DNA of 36,544 nucleotides from Verrucomicrobiota bacterium. Lineage in GTDB: Bacteria > Verrucomicrobiota > Verrucomicrobiia > Limisphaerales > Palsa-1400. The position numbers and the translations under genes were made by a program. Below the pieces are notes generated by a model. It was not told the origin of the DNA, made no database searches, and saw only the letters and a list, made by a program, of their open reading frames with translations. The DNA is taken from NCBI GenBank assembly GCA_049522055.1, contig JBEKOF010000009.1, forward strand, positions 1-36,544, read 5' to 3'. Shown piece by piece: positions 1 through 8,666 of this stretch; positions within the stretch are counted from its first letter, which is position 1; each line of letters opens with the position of its first letter.

Positions 1-1327
1 CGATGGCTCCTTCCATTTGCCCGTTCTTGGCGAGAGCAGCGCCTAATCTGAGGTGGGCGAGAGCGTTCCCGGAGGTGCAGGCCAGCGCGTGCGTCCAAAG
101 GGATTCGCTGTCGCGCCAATATGAACTCTGCCTGTGTCCGCAAACAACCAACGCCCCTATCACTGCTATCATCATACCGCCCAACACCACCCGCCGATCC
201 TTCCACCCCGCGCTCCAATCACCCACCGCCCATGTCCCCGCCACAGCCAAACCGATCCCCGGCAGATACGTGTACCGGTCGGCATGGGCGGCATCCTTGG
301 AGATTTGAATGATCCCGATCACCGGAACCAACATCCCCAGATACCACAGCCAACCCATCAACAGGAATGGGCGCTTTTTCCGGCACACCACCACCCCCGC
401 GGAGATCCCGGCCAGCAAGACAAACGCCAAACAGACCGTCCCTATCGGCTGACCGTTTGGGGCGTTGGGATAAGAGGCAGCCAATCCCGCCGGGAAAACC
501 ATTTGCCGCAGATAAACCACATACGAAACCAAGGCGTTGCCGATGCGTTCCAGCAATTGGAGATGGTGGGCATTCACCACCAGTCCCGGCACCAGCGCCG
601 CCGCCGCGCACGCTCCCGCCGAAAGCGCAAACAGCGGAATCTTCTCTCCAACCAGGCGAAAAAACTCCCGCCAATTGTGCAAGCGGCCCAGCGGCCACCA
701 ATCCAGCAGCAGCAACACAAACGGCAGCGTCGCCACCATGCTTTTGGCCAAAAGGCCCAAGGCAAACAACAAAACCATCACAACATATCCGGCACGGGAC
801 GGCTTGCCTACATGGTGGACGTAAGCCCCGATGGTCAGCAGGAAAAAGAACCCACTCAACACATCCTTGCGCTCCGACACCCAGGCCACCGATTCCGCCC
901 GCAACGGATGGACGGCGAACAGCGCCGCCACAAACGCGCTGCGCCACAGGCTCCCGGTCAGTTGCCGCAACACCAAAAACAGCAACATCGCGTTGGCGGC
1001 GTGCCACAGTACATTGACCAGGTGATGTCCGCCCGCGTGCAGCCCGAAGACCTGGCAATCCAGCATATGGGAAAGAGTGGTGAGCGGAATCCAATTGGCG
1101 ACTTGCGCGTGAGTGAAGGCCCAGCCAACCGCGTGTGCCGACAACCCCTTTTCCACCACCGGGTTCTCATACACGCTGGTTGGATCATCGTAATTGACGA
1201 ACCCAAACCCCGAGGTCTGTCCAAACACCGCCAATACCGCCAGCGCCAGAAAAGCACAGACGCACACCACCGGCAAGGACTCCGGGTTTCTTGCTTTCGA
1301 GGTCGCTTTTGAGTCTGTTGCGTTCAA
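1..1327 (-). CDS. TPR-containing polytopic membrane glycosyltransferase, TMTC/GT39-like (DUF1736-type). Partial: the C-terminal TPR part runs past the window start.
   Basis: My own minus-strand translation of 1..1327 gives a hydrophobic multi-TM protein: ...FGFVNYDDPTSVYENPVVEKGL...AVHPLRAESVAWVSERKDVLSGFFFLLTIGAYV...ADRYTYLPGIGLAVAG... It ends (towards coordinate 1) in ...GNALAHLRLGAALAKNGQMEGAI, which looks like the start of a TPR region. The HPL-R-ESVAWVSERKD block is the hallmark of bacterial TMTC-like O-mannosyltransferase homologues. This frame has no ATG after its upstream stop, which is probably why it is missing from the ORF track. TTG at 1327 or GTG at 1270 are plausible starts. Confidence 0.65.
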   Translation of the reverse strand, partial: MNATDSKATSKARNPESLPVVCVCAFLALAVLAVFGQTSGFGFVNYDDPTSVYENPVVEKGLSAHAVGWAFTHAQVANWIPLTTLSHMLDCQVFGLHAGGHHLVNVLWHAANAMLLFLVLRQLTGSLWRSAFVAALFAVHPLRAESVAWVSERKDVLSGFFFLLTIGAYVHHVGKPSRAGYVVMVLLFALGLLAKSMVATLPFVLLLLDWWPLGRLHNWREFFRLVGEKIPLFALSAGACAAAALVPGLVVNAHHLQLLERIGNALVSYVVYLRQMVFPAGLAASYPNAPNGQPIGTVCLAFVLLAGISAGVVVCRKKRPFLLMGWLWYLGMLVPVIGIIQISKDAAHADRYTYLPGIGLAVAGTWAVGDWSAGWKDRRVVLGGMMIAVIGALVVCGHRQSSYWRDSESLWTHALACTSGNALAHLRLGAALAKNGQMEGAI

Positions 1328-1544
1328 GTTTCAGGTTCCCGATTTCAACTTCCTCATGGCCCGCTTGCGGCTCCTGCCCGCTCGCGCCGGGCGAATCTCC
1401 CATGGGCCACATCCTCCATTACCACAGCAATCCGCGCAATATCAATGGGGAAGGCAACAACTGGCGCCGCAACGGAGTGGGCCAGATTGGGATTGACGCC
1501 GGTGGCGGGTTTGGATATTGTTCGCGCACCAAAGAAAGGCGCGC

Positions 1545-1781
1545 ATGAATTTCAAACTGCTCTTTAAAGCGATTCTTATCCTCGCCGTGCTGGCGGTTCT
1601 CGTCATCATGGGGATGCACAATCCGCAGCCAGCCTCCCTCAAGCTGCCGCCCATGATCAACGAACTGACGCAGCCGTCGGCTTACATGTATTATTTGTTC
1701 TTCGGGGTCGGCTTCGTGGTCGGCGCCATCTTAATGACGGGTGGAAAGAAGGGTTCCAGCAAGCCGGCCAAAGAGAAATGA
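1545..1781 (+). CDS. small inner-membrane protein, LapA/YciS-like (two TM helices plus Lys-rich tail)
   Basis: This is ORF 1518..1781 trimmed to the ATG at 1545 (MNFKLLFKAILILAVLAVLVIMG...). It has two hydrophobic segments and a C-terminal KKGSSKPAKEK tail. aaagaaagg lies upstream of the ATG. Confidence 0.45.
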   Translation: MNFKLLFKAILILAVLAVLVIMGMHNPQPASLKLPPMINELTQPSAYMYYLFFGVGFVVGAILMTGGKKGSSKPAKEK

Positions 1782-1811
1782 TGCGGTTTCAGGGCTTCGT
1801 CCGCAGGTGGC

Positions 1812-2243
1812 CTAAGCAGGTCGTTTATCCAGCAGGCACTCGCACAGTTCGGTCAGGCAGAGGATTGAAATGGCAAAAGAGGCGAACAAGCCGGCTGCTT
1901 GGAAGCCGGCGATGGGAACGCAGAAATATATGACCACGGCTATCGCGAGAATCGTCAGCTCGAAAAGCAACCTAAACCACCCCTCCGCCCGCCTGCGAAA
2001 ACAAAAAAACAGGATGAGAACGACGGCGGTTCCCCCAAGCACTTCAAGAACCAGCGCGTTGGAAAGGCGCGTGGCGAAGCAGAAACAGGCGAAGACGATC
2101 ACCCCCGACACCAGCGCCGCCAGAGGCATCAGCCACCGCATTGTGCCTCTGTCATTCTCAGGAGGGGATGGATAGAAATGATTCCGCACACCCTCAGAAA
2201 TCGCCAGGAACGCAAAAAATGCTATTGTTTCCCACGTGCTCAC
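1812..2243 (-). CDS. hypothetical polytopic membrane protein
   Basis: 143-aa ORF with 3-4 hydrophobic helices (LMPLAALVSGVIVFACFCFA, TAVVLILFFCF, LTILAIAVVIYFCVPIAGF). No recognisable family. This region is lower in GC than the flanks. Confidence 0.4.
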   Translation of the reverse strand: MSTWETIAFFAFLAISEGVRNHFYPSPPENDRGTMRWLMPLAALVSGVIVFACFCFATRLSNALVLEVLGGTAVVLILFFCFRRRAEGWFRLLFELTILAIAVVIYFCVPIAGFQAAGLFASFAISILCLTELCECLLDKRPA

Positions 2244-2700
2244 TCACACGCAATATAGACGCATTTTGTGCGGGAGTCAAGTTTGGAGGCGCCCGGATTG
2301 CCGGGGGGCGCAAATCAGGTTTTAACAACGCCCAGGTAGAAACGCAGCGCGGCGGCGTCCGATCGGCGCAGCGCGCCGCCTCTGCCTTAAAGCGGATTCG
2401 CGCCCAATTGCCAATAAACAGATCAATTCCCCTTGACATCCGCCCGCTTATATGCTAACGTTCCTACAGACATGATAGGGAATCGGGAAAAGTCGGCGGG
2501 AGTCGCCATCGCAAGCCCCGGCAAAAGCGGCAGACAGGTTCAAACCACCCCGTGGCCCCCGTCCAAAAAAAGCGGATTTTGCCAAACGAACCCATTTCTG
2601 TTTTCTACAACATATTGTGCTCCAATAACTTATATCCGAACTAAAATGGCTTCGCTCAGCAAACGAACCCAATTCGCCCACCCCGCCGCCCGATGGGCAG

Positions 2701-2765
2701 TTCCACTTCCCATCTTCTCCACCCTCCCCCATCTCCCCTGTTTCCAATTCCCATTTCCCTGTTCC
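2701..2765. repeat. polypyrimidine (CT-rich) low-complexity tract, about 86 percent pyrimidine on the + strand
   Basis: ttccacttcccatcttctccaccctcccccatctcccctgtttccaattcccatttccctgttcc has only 9 purines in 65 nt. It lies in the roughly 600-bp intergenic region about 80 nt upstream of galM. Confidence 0.6.
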
Positions 2766-2845
2766 AAGCACTCGGATTCAAAAAAGTCAAATGGCCACCC
2801 GTCCGGCGAAATGAATGCTGGATTTGGCGGTTTAGGTGTGGCAAC

Positions 2846-3925
2846 ATGCGGCGAATGACCACTTCCAAAGGAGACATCAGCAAAATGTCGTTCGGGCGCA
2901 CTGGCGACGGCACGCCTGTGGACATTTACACGTTGCGCAACGCCAATGGCGTCGAGGCGCGCATCACTAATTACGGCGGCATCCTTGCCTCGTGGAAGGT
3001 GCCGGACCGGCAGGGCAAGTTGGGCGATGTGGTGCTGGGCTGCGACACTTTGGAGGGGTATCTCAAGGGGACGGCTTATTTTGGCTGCATCGTGGGCCGT
3101 TGCGCCAATCGCATCGCCAAGGGCCGGTTCACGCTCAACGGCGTGGCGCGCCAGCTCGCTGTCAACAATGGCCCCAACTCGCTGCATGGCGGGCTGCGTG
3201 GTTTTGACAAGGTGGTGTGGCAGGCCGCGCCGTCGGCCACGCCGGACGGTCCCGCGCTGGAACTGAGCTACCTGAGCAAGGACGGCGAGGAGGGATATCC
3301 GGGCAACCTCCACGTCAAGGCTCTGCACACTTTGACCCGCGACAACGGGGTTCGGATCGAATTCACGGCGAGCACCGACCAGGATACCGTCGTCAACCTG
3401 ACCAATCATTCCTACTTCAATCTGGCGGGGAAGGGCGACGTGCTTGGGCATTCGGTCCAGATCAACGGCGACCAGATCACCCCCGTGGACGGAACGCTGA
3501 TTCCGACCGGGGAGTTGAGGCCGGTCGAGGGCACGCCGTTTGATTTCCGGCGGCCGGCGCTGATCGGCGCGCGGATTGAGGACAACGACGAACAGCTTAG
3601 ATTCGGCGGCGGCTACGACCACAATTGGGTGTTGGGCAAACCTCTGAACAAGCTGGGCGTGATGGCGCGCGTCGCCGAGCCGGCGTCCGGCCGCGTGTTG
3701 GAGGTTCTTGGCACGCAGCCCGGCGTGCAGTTTTACACGGGGAATTTTTTGGACGGCACGATCCGGGGGAAGGGCGGCTGGGTTTATCAGCGCCGCGAGG
3801 GATTTTGCCTGGAGCCGCAGCATTTTCCCGACGCAGTCAACCATCCGAATTTTCCGACGACGGTGTTGCGGGCGGGGGGGACCTATCGCCAGACGATCAT
3901 TTTCCGGTTTTCGACGGAGAAATGA
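2846..3925 (+). CDS. galM: aldose 1-epimerase (galactose mutarotase)
   Basis: ORF 2693..3925, with the start placed at the internal ATG 2846 (MRRMTTSKGDISKMSFGRTGDG...). ATG 2885 (MSFGR...), preceded by aaggag, is an alternative. Mutarotase motifs are present: TNYGGIL, GRCANRI-GRF-L-G, LHGG, TNHSYFNL and a C-terminal FCLEPQ. Confidence 0.85.
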   Translation: MRRMTTSKGDISKMSFGRTGDGTPVDIYTLRNANGVEARITNYGGILASWKVPDRQGKLGDVVLGCDTLEGYLKGTAYFGCIVGRCANRIAKGRFTLNGVARQLAVNNGPNSLHGGLRGFDKVVWQAAPSATPDGPALELSYLSKDGEEGYPGNLHVKALHTLTRDNGVRIEFTASTDQDTVVNLTNHSYFNLAGKGDVLGHSVQINGDQITPVDGTLIPTGELRPVEGTPFDFRRPALIGARIEDNDEQLRFGGGYDHNWVLGKPLNKLGVMARVAEPASGRVLEVLGTQPGVQFYTGNFLDGTIRGKGGWVYQRREGFCLEPQHFPDAVNHPNFPTTVLRAGGTYRQTIIFRFSTEK

Positions 3926-5000
3926 ACGGCAGTGGGACGACGCGCGCGAGGACTTTCGCGGCGCCGACGGCGACGAATAACTCCGTGTCCGGCGCGCCGG
4001 CTTCGCGCCGGACATAGCCCAGGGCGATGTTGGCCCGGAGCATGGGCGAGGCGGCGGCGCTGGTGATCACGCCCACTTCCTTTTCCCCCTGAAAAATCTT
4101 GGCGCCGTTGGCGGGCAACTCCGGCAAATCGTCCGGCAGGCGGAGTCCGCGCAAAGACTTGGCCACCTGGCCGTAAGTGCGGAGGCGCGAGATGACTTCC
4201 TGGCCGATGTAACAGCCTTTGCTGTAACTTACCGCCCGGCTTTCCAGGCCGGCTTCGGGCGGAAGATTGGTGTGGTCCATGTCCGCCCCAAAACGGGGCA
4301 GGCCCGCCTCGATCCGCGCCACCTCCAGGGCGGCCCAGCCGCAAAAGCGCCCGCCCGCCGCCCGTGCCGCCGTGCGCAATTGTTCCGCGGCCCGGGGCAG
4401 GGAGGAGGTGGGAACAAAAAGGTCGAATCCGCTGGTCCCGATTCGCGGCTGGCTGGCCACATAGATTTCCCCCAGAGCGGCGTCCTCAAGGCGGATCGCG
4501 CCCATGAAGTTATGGGGAACGGGCAGGCCGAGGCTTTCCAGCACGGCGGCCGCGCGCGGACCTTGGGCGCTCAAGAGCCCGTAAAGGGGCGCGGCGTCGT
4601 CCACTTGGGCGTCTTCGGCGATGATGTATTTTTCGAGCCGCTCCCGCACCGCCGCGCTGAGGCCCGGTTCGAAGTCCAGCAGGAGTTCATTTTCCAGGCA
4701 ATAAATGTTGAGGTCACTTTCCATTTTGCCTTTGGCGTTGACGAGGGCGGCGTAACAGCCTTGGCCGGTCCGCAAATCCTTCACATTGTTGGTCACCTGG
4801 CCGTTGAGGAAAGCCCGCCGGTCGGATCCCGAGACACAAAGTCTGCCGCGAAAACTCAAATCCAGCGCGCCCGCCGTCCCGCGCAAGGCGGCGTGCTCGG
4901 CGCGCACGTCGCCGTAATCCTCCACCGCCTCCATCCCGTGCAAGAGGAGAAAGCGCCCGCCGAGATTTTGATGAAAATCATGCAACAACAAGCTGTCCAT
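3897..5000 (-). CDS. folate-binding protein of the GcvT/YgfZ family (YgfZ-like)
   Basis: 367-aa ORF with the YgfZ signature KGCYIGQE (SKGCYIGQEVISRLRTYGQV) and aminomethyltransferase-like fold cues. Its 3' end overlaps the 3' end of convergent galM by 29 nt. Confidence 0.7.
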   Translation of the reverse strand: MDSLLLHDFHQNLGGRFLLLHGMEAVEDYGDVRAEHAALRGTAGALDLSFRGRLCVSGSDRRAFLNGQVTNNVKDLRTGQGCYAALVNAKGKMESDLNIYCLENELLLDFEPGLSAAVRERLEKYIIAEDAQVDDAAPLYGLLSAQGPRAAAVLESLGLPVPHNFMGAIRLEDAALGEIYVASQPRIGTSGFDLFVPTSSLPRAAEQLRTAARAAGGRFCGWAALEVARIEAGLPRFGADMDHTNLPPEAGLESRAVSYSKGCYIGQEVISRLRTYGQVAKSLRGLRLPDDLPELPANGAKIFQGEKEVGVITSAAASPMLRANIALGYVRREAGAPDTELFVAVGAAKVLARVVPLPFISPSKTGK

Positions 5001-5098
5001 GATGCCAATATATCACGCCGGGGGATGGTGTCGAAGCGCAATCCTTGGAAAGATTTGTATTCGACAGGGGCGGTCCTTTCTGGCAATGCTGTGGGAAC

Positions 5099-6955
5099 AT
5101 GTGCGGCATTATTGGATATGTGGGAAAGAAAGCGGCGGCACCCATCCTGCTGGAAGCCTTGCGGCGTCTGCAATATCGCGGCTACGACAGCGCGGGCGTG
5201 GCGGTGCTCTCCGGGGGCGCCCTGGCCGTGCGCAAAAAAGTCGGCAAGTTGGACGAAGGGCTGGTGCGCCTGATGCGGGATGAACCTGTCACCGGTCATC
5301 TGGGGATTGGCCACACGCGCTGGGCCACGCACGGCCCGCCCTCGGATGTCAATTCCCATCCGCACCTGGACCAATCGGGGAAAATCGCCGTGGTCCACAA
5401 CGGGGTGATTGAAAATTGCGATCGTCTCAAGCAAAGATTTCTCAAGGCGGGCCATGTGTTTCAATCCGCGACGGACACGGAGGTTCTAGCGCATTTGATC
5501 GGGGACTATTACGACCGCCAGCCCCGGACCGGCGGGCAGGCGGCGTCGCTGACCCAGGCCGTGTGCGATGCCTTGCGGGAGGTCATTGGCACCTACGGGA
5601 TCGCCGTGATCAGCAGCGAGCATCCCGGCCAGATCATCGGGGCGCGCCGCGGCTCCCCCCTGATCATCGGGATCGGGGAGCATGAGAATTTTCTGACCAG
5701 CGACTCCAATGCGATCGTCGCCCACACCCGGCAGGTTGTGTTCCTCAATGATTATGACGTGGCCACCGTCACCAGCGACCGGTTCGACGTGCAGAACCTG
5801 GGGGCCGACACGGCGCATGTGCAGATCAGCAAGCTGGAATTCGCCTCCGAGGAGGCCGAGCGCGGGAAGTATCCGCACTTTATGCTCAAGGAGATATTCG
5901 AGCAGCCGCGCACGGTGGAAAACGCGTTGCGCGGGCGCATTGATTCTGAAGGGGTCACGGCACGCTTCGGCGGGTTGAACATGGAGGCGGGGGAATTACG
6001 CTCCATCGAACGCATTGTCATCGCCGCCACCGGCACGAGCTGGCACGCCGCGCTGGTGGGCGAATACTTGATTGAAGAGCTGGCGCACCTGCCGGTGGAA
6101 GTGGAATTCTCGCATGAGTTCTCCACCCGCAACCCGCCCTTGCAGCGCGACACGCTCCTGCTGGTGATCTCCCAGTCCGGGGAAACGGCCGACACGCTGG
6201 GCGCGTTGCGCGAAGCCAAACGCCGCGGACATCGCGCGCTGGCCATCGTCAATGTGGTCGGCAGCACCGTCGCGCGCGAATCCGACGGGGGCATCTACAT
6301 GCACGCGGGGCCGGAAATCGGCGTCGCCTCCACCAAGGCCTTCATTTCCACCCTGACCATCCTGACCTTGCTGGGCGTCCATTTGGGCCGGATGCGCATG
6401 CTTTCCGCCGCGCGCGCCCTGGACATTTTGCGCGCCCTGGAGGCCGCGCCGACGCAACTGGAATCCATTCTGGCCACGGACAACGCCCTGAAACAACTGG
6501 CCCTGAAATACGTCAAGGCGGAGGACTTCTTTTTCCTGGGCCGCGGCTACACTTTTCCCATTGCCCTGGAAGGCGCGCTCAAGCTGAAGGAAATTTCCTA
6601 CGTTCACGCCGAAGGCTACTCCGCCGCCGAAATGAAGCACGGTCCCATCGCCTTGATTGATCCCCAGACCCCCTCCGTTTTCATCGTGCCGCAGGATTCG
6701 ATGTATGAGAAAACCATGGCCAACCTGGCGATGATCCGCGCCCGCAAGGGACCCATCATCGCGCTGGCGACCGAGGGGGACACGCAAATGCAAAGCGTGG
6801 CGGACGACGTCTTTTACCTGCCCAAGACCCTGGAGCCGATCTATCCCATTTTGGCGGTCGTGCCGTTGCAACTGCTGGCCTATCACATCGCCGTCGCGCG
6901 CGGCTGCGACGTGGACAAGCCGCGCAACCTGGCCAAGAGCGTGACGGTGCAGTGA
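5099..6955 (+). CDS. glmS: glutamine--fructose-6-phosphate aminotransferase (isomerising)
   Basis: ORF 5045..6955 opens with TTG. The biologically required start is MCGIIGYVG (ATG 5099, giving Cys2 as the nucleophile after Met removal). The N-terminal Ntn-amidotransferase domain, two SIS domains and the C-terminal ...KPRNLAKSVTVQ ending are all present. Confidence 0.95.
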   Translation: MCGIIGYVGKKAAAPILLEALRRLQYRGYDSAGVAVLSGGALAVRKKVGKLDEGLVRLMRDEPVTGHLGIGHTRWATHGPPSDVNSHPHLDQSGKIAVVHNGVIENCDRLKQRFLKAGHVFQSATDTEVLAHLIGDYYDRQPRTGGQAASLTQAVCDALREVIGTYGIAVISSEHPGQIIGARRGSPLIIGIGEHENFLTSDSNAIVAHTRQVVFLNDYDVATVTSDRFDVQNLGADTAHVQISKLEFASEEAERGKYPHFMLKEIFEQPRTVENALRGRIDSEGVTARFGGLNMEAGELRSIERIVIAATGTSWHAALVGEYLIEELAHLPVEVEFSHEFSTRNPPLQRDTLLLVISQSGETADTLGALREAKRRGHRALAIVNVVGSTVARESDGGIYMHAGPEIGVASTKAFISTLTILTLLGVHLGRMRMLSAARALDILRALEAAPTQLESILATDNALKQLALKYVKAEDFFFLGRGYTFPIALEGALKLKEISYVHAEGYSAAEMKHGPIALIDPQTPSVFIVPQDSMYEKTMANLAMIRARKGPIIALATEGDTQMQSVADDVFYLPKTLEPIYPILAVVPLQLLAYHIAVARGCDVDKPRNLAKSVTVQ

Positions 6956-7008
6956 GTTCCCGGCATGTTGAGCGAAGAAATTCCACCGCCCGCCCAGGGC
7001 GCCAACCG

Positions 7009-7470
7009 ATGAAAGAAATAATCCTGCTGTGCCATGTGCTGTTTGGGGTAGCTTGCCTCCTGACGACAACATGGCTTTTTGTGGACGTGTTGAACGCACA
7101 CGAGGGGAACCTGGTTCGGATACGATGGATGAGCCGGTTGGCAGCGGTGTTCATTTGGCTTGCCTTCGTGGCCGGAGGCTATTGGTATGTTGTGGATTAC
7201 AAGGCCGACAAGGCTGTGATTCTCCAAGGGCCCTGGCCGTTCACCCACAACTACTTCATGGAGACAAAGGAGCATTTCGTAATCACACTTCTGTTGCTGG
7301 CGACCTATCTGCCGATTGCGGCTTCAAACAACCTGGTGGCGAGCCAGGAGGCGCGGCGGCTGGTCCTGTGCGTGGCTGCCTTGGTCGCGGTGCTTTCGTT
7401 GATGGCCGAGGGGCACGGCGGGATCATTGCGATGGGGGTGAAAGCGGGGTTGCTGGCGAGACCCAATTGA
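7009..7470 (+). CDS. hypothetical four-TM membrane protein
   Basis: ORF 6952..7470 trimmed to MKEIILLCHVLFGVACLL. It has four hydrophobic helices and no recognisable family. Confidence 0.4.
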   Translation: MKEIILLCHVLFGVACLLTTTWLFVDVLNAHEGNLVRIRWMSRLAAVFIWLAFVAGGYWYVVDYKADKAVILQGPWPFTHNYFMETKEHFVITLLLLATYLPIAASNNLVASQEARRLVLCVAALVAVLSLMAEGHGGIIAMGVKAGLLARPN

Positions 7471-7483
7471 TCTGGAGGAAGAG

Positions 7484-7804
7484 ATGGAAAAGAGCGCCGA
7501 CTTAAAACACACAAAATCGTTCGGCATGTCAGTGGCGCTTTGCGCCGTGCTGAACGCGCTGCTGGTGATCGCAAAGGAGAGGAGCAAGTTCGTGGCGGAT
7601 TGGATGCAAAGAGCAACCGGTCATCATTGGATCACCCATGTTGCCATTATTCTCATCCTCTTTGCTTTGTTCGGCTGGTGTTTCGCCAGAACCAATGGCG
7701 GTCAAGGACCGGGCATGTCCGTCAATCGTTTGACGAGTATCGTTTGTTCGGGAGTGGTCGCGGGCGTTCTCATTGTCTTGGGCTTCTATGTAATCGCCGG
7801 TTAA
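7484..7804 (+). CDS. hypothetical small membrane protein
   Basis: 106-aa ORF. A ggagga Shine-Dalgarno sequence sits 6 nt upstream of the ATG. It has three hydrophobic helices and lower GC than its surroundings. Confidence 0.4.
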   Translation: MEKSADLKHTKSFGMSVALCAVLNALLVIAKERSKFVADWMQRATGHHWITHVAIILILFALFGWCFARTNGGQGPGMSVNRLTSIVCSGVVAGVLIVLGFYVIAG

Positions 7805-7814
7805 GAAAACTGTC

Positions 7815-8618
7815 ATGAACGCCAAACAACGATTGCCATCCGTTACCCTGCTGGCCGTCCTGAACCTGGGGATCGTGGGGACCGCCCTCGCCGGTCCGCC
7901 ATTCGTCACCGATGATCCGGAGCCGGTGGATTATCAGCATTGGGAGTTTTATATGGCTTCGATGCATTCAAAACTCGGGGGCGATTGGTCCGGCACCGCG
8001 CCCCATTTTGAAGTCAACTATGGAGCGGTCCCGGACCTGCAGCTTCACCTGATTGCGCCGCTGGCTTATGATTCGCCCCCGGAAGGAGCCGGACATTACG
8101 GGCTGGGCGACCTTGAACTGGGGGCAAAGTACCGGTTTATCCAGGAAACGAACGGGTGGCCGCAGGCGGGAGTTTTTCCGTTGCTTGAATTGCCGACCGG
8201 GAGCGCCGGGAACAATCTTGGCAATGGTAATGCCCAGGCATTCCTCCCCTTATGGGTGCAGAAGAGTTGGGGTTCGTGGACGGCCTACGGCGGGGGTGGC
8301 TACGGCCTCAATTCCTTTTCCGGCCACGACAATTGGGGTTTCGCCGGTGGGGTTCTCCAAAAACAGATTTTGACCAATGTGCTCATTGGCGTGGAGGTCT
8401 ATCATCAGACGGAGTCTCAAACCGACTTTCCCAATACCGGCACGGCGTTCAACGCAGGCACGGTGGTTGATTTGAGTGAGAATCACCATTTGCTTTTCTC
8501 GGTCGGCCGGTCCATTGACGGCCCGGTGGGATTTCAATGTTACATCGCCTATCAATTTACATGTGACAACAGCCTGTTCCATTTTTGGAAGAACGGCCAC
8601 TTGAATGGCGCGCCGTGA
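7815..8618 (+). CDS. secreted putative outer-membrane beta-barrel protein (Phenol_MetA_deg / 'transporter' family-like)
   Basis: Signal peptide MNAKQRLPSVTLLAVLNLGIVGTALA. The N-terminal PFVTDDPEPVDYQHWEF block, alternating aromatic/Gly-rich strands and a C-terminal aromatic residue match PF13557-type barrels. The assignment is by motif only. Confidence 0.5.
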   Translation: MNAKQRLPSVTLLAVLNLGIVGTALAGPPFVTDDPEPVDYQHWEFYMASMHSKLGGDWSGTAPHFEVNYGAVPDLQLHLIAPLAYDSPPEGAGHYGLGDLELGAKYRFIQETNGWPQAGVFPLLELPTGSAGNNLGNGNAQAFLPLWVQKSWGSWTAYGGGGYGLNSFSGHDNWGFAGGVLQKQILTNVLIGVEVYHQTESQTDFPNTGTAFNAGTVVDLSENHHLLFSVGRSIDGPVGFQCYIAYQFTCDNSLFHFWKNGHLNGAP

Positions 8619-8666
8619 GGCCGGCAACTGGATTCGCTCTTGCCATGACGGATTGGAGGATGCAAC

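Noticed and set aside
134-1312. 392-aa + strand ORF (and 367..1017 +) full of His/Pro/Gln/Arg low complexity
   Set aside because: It is antisense to a well-supported membrane glycosyltransferase gene on the - strand. Its composition is typical of GC-driven shadow ORFs.
2630-4015. 461-aa - strand ORF spanning galM
   Set aside because: Antisense to galM with Arg/Ala/Pro-rich composition. It also spans two genes and an intergenic region.
5001-5098. Possibility of a glmS ribozyme/riboswitch upstream of glmS
   Set aside because: The leader is short (under 100 nt) and shows none of the glmS ribozyme core.
5996-7099. 367-aa - strand ORF (and 5752..6294 -) overlapping glmS
   Set aside because: It lies entirely antisense to an unambiguous glmS and has Gly/Arg/Ala-rich shadow-ORF composition.
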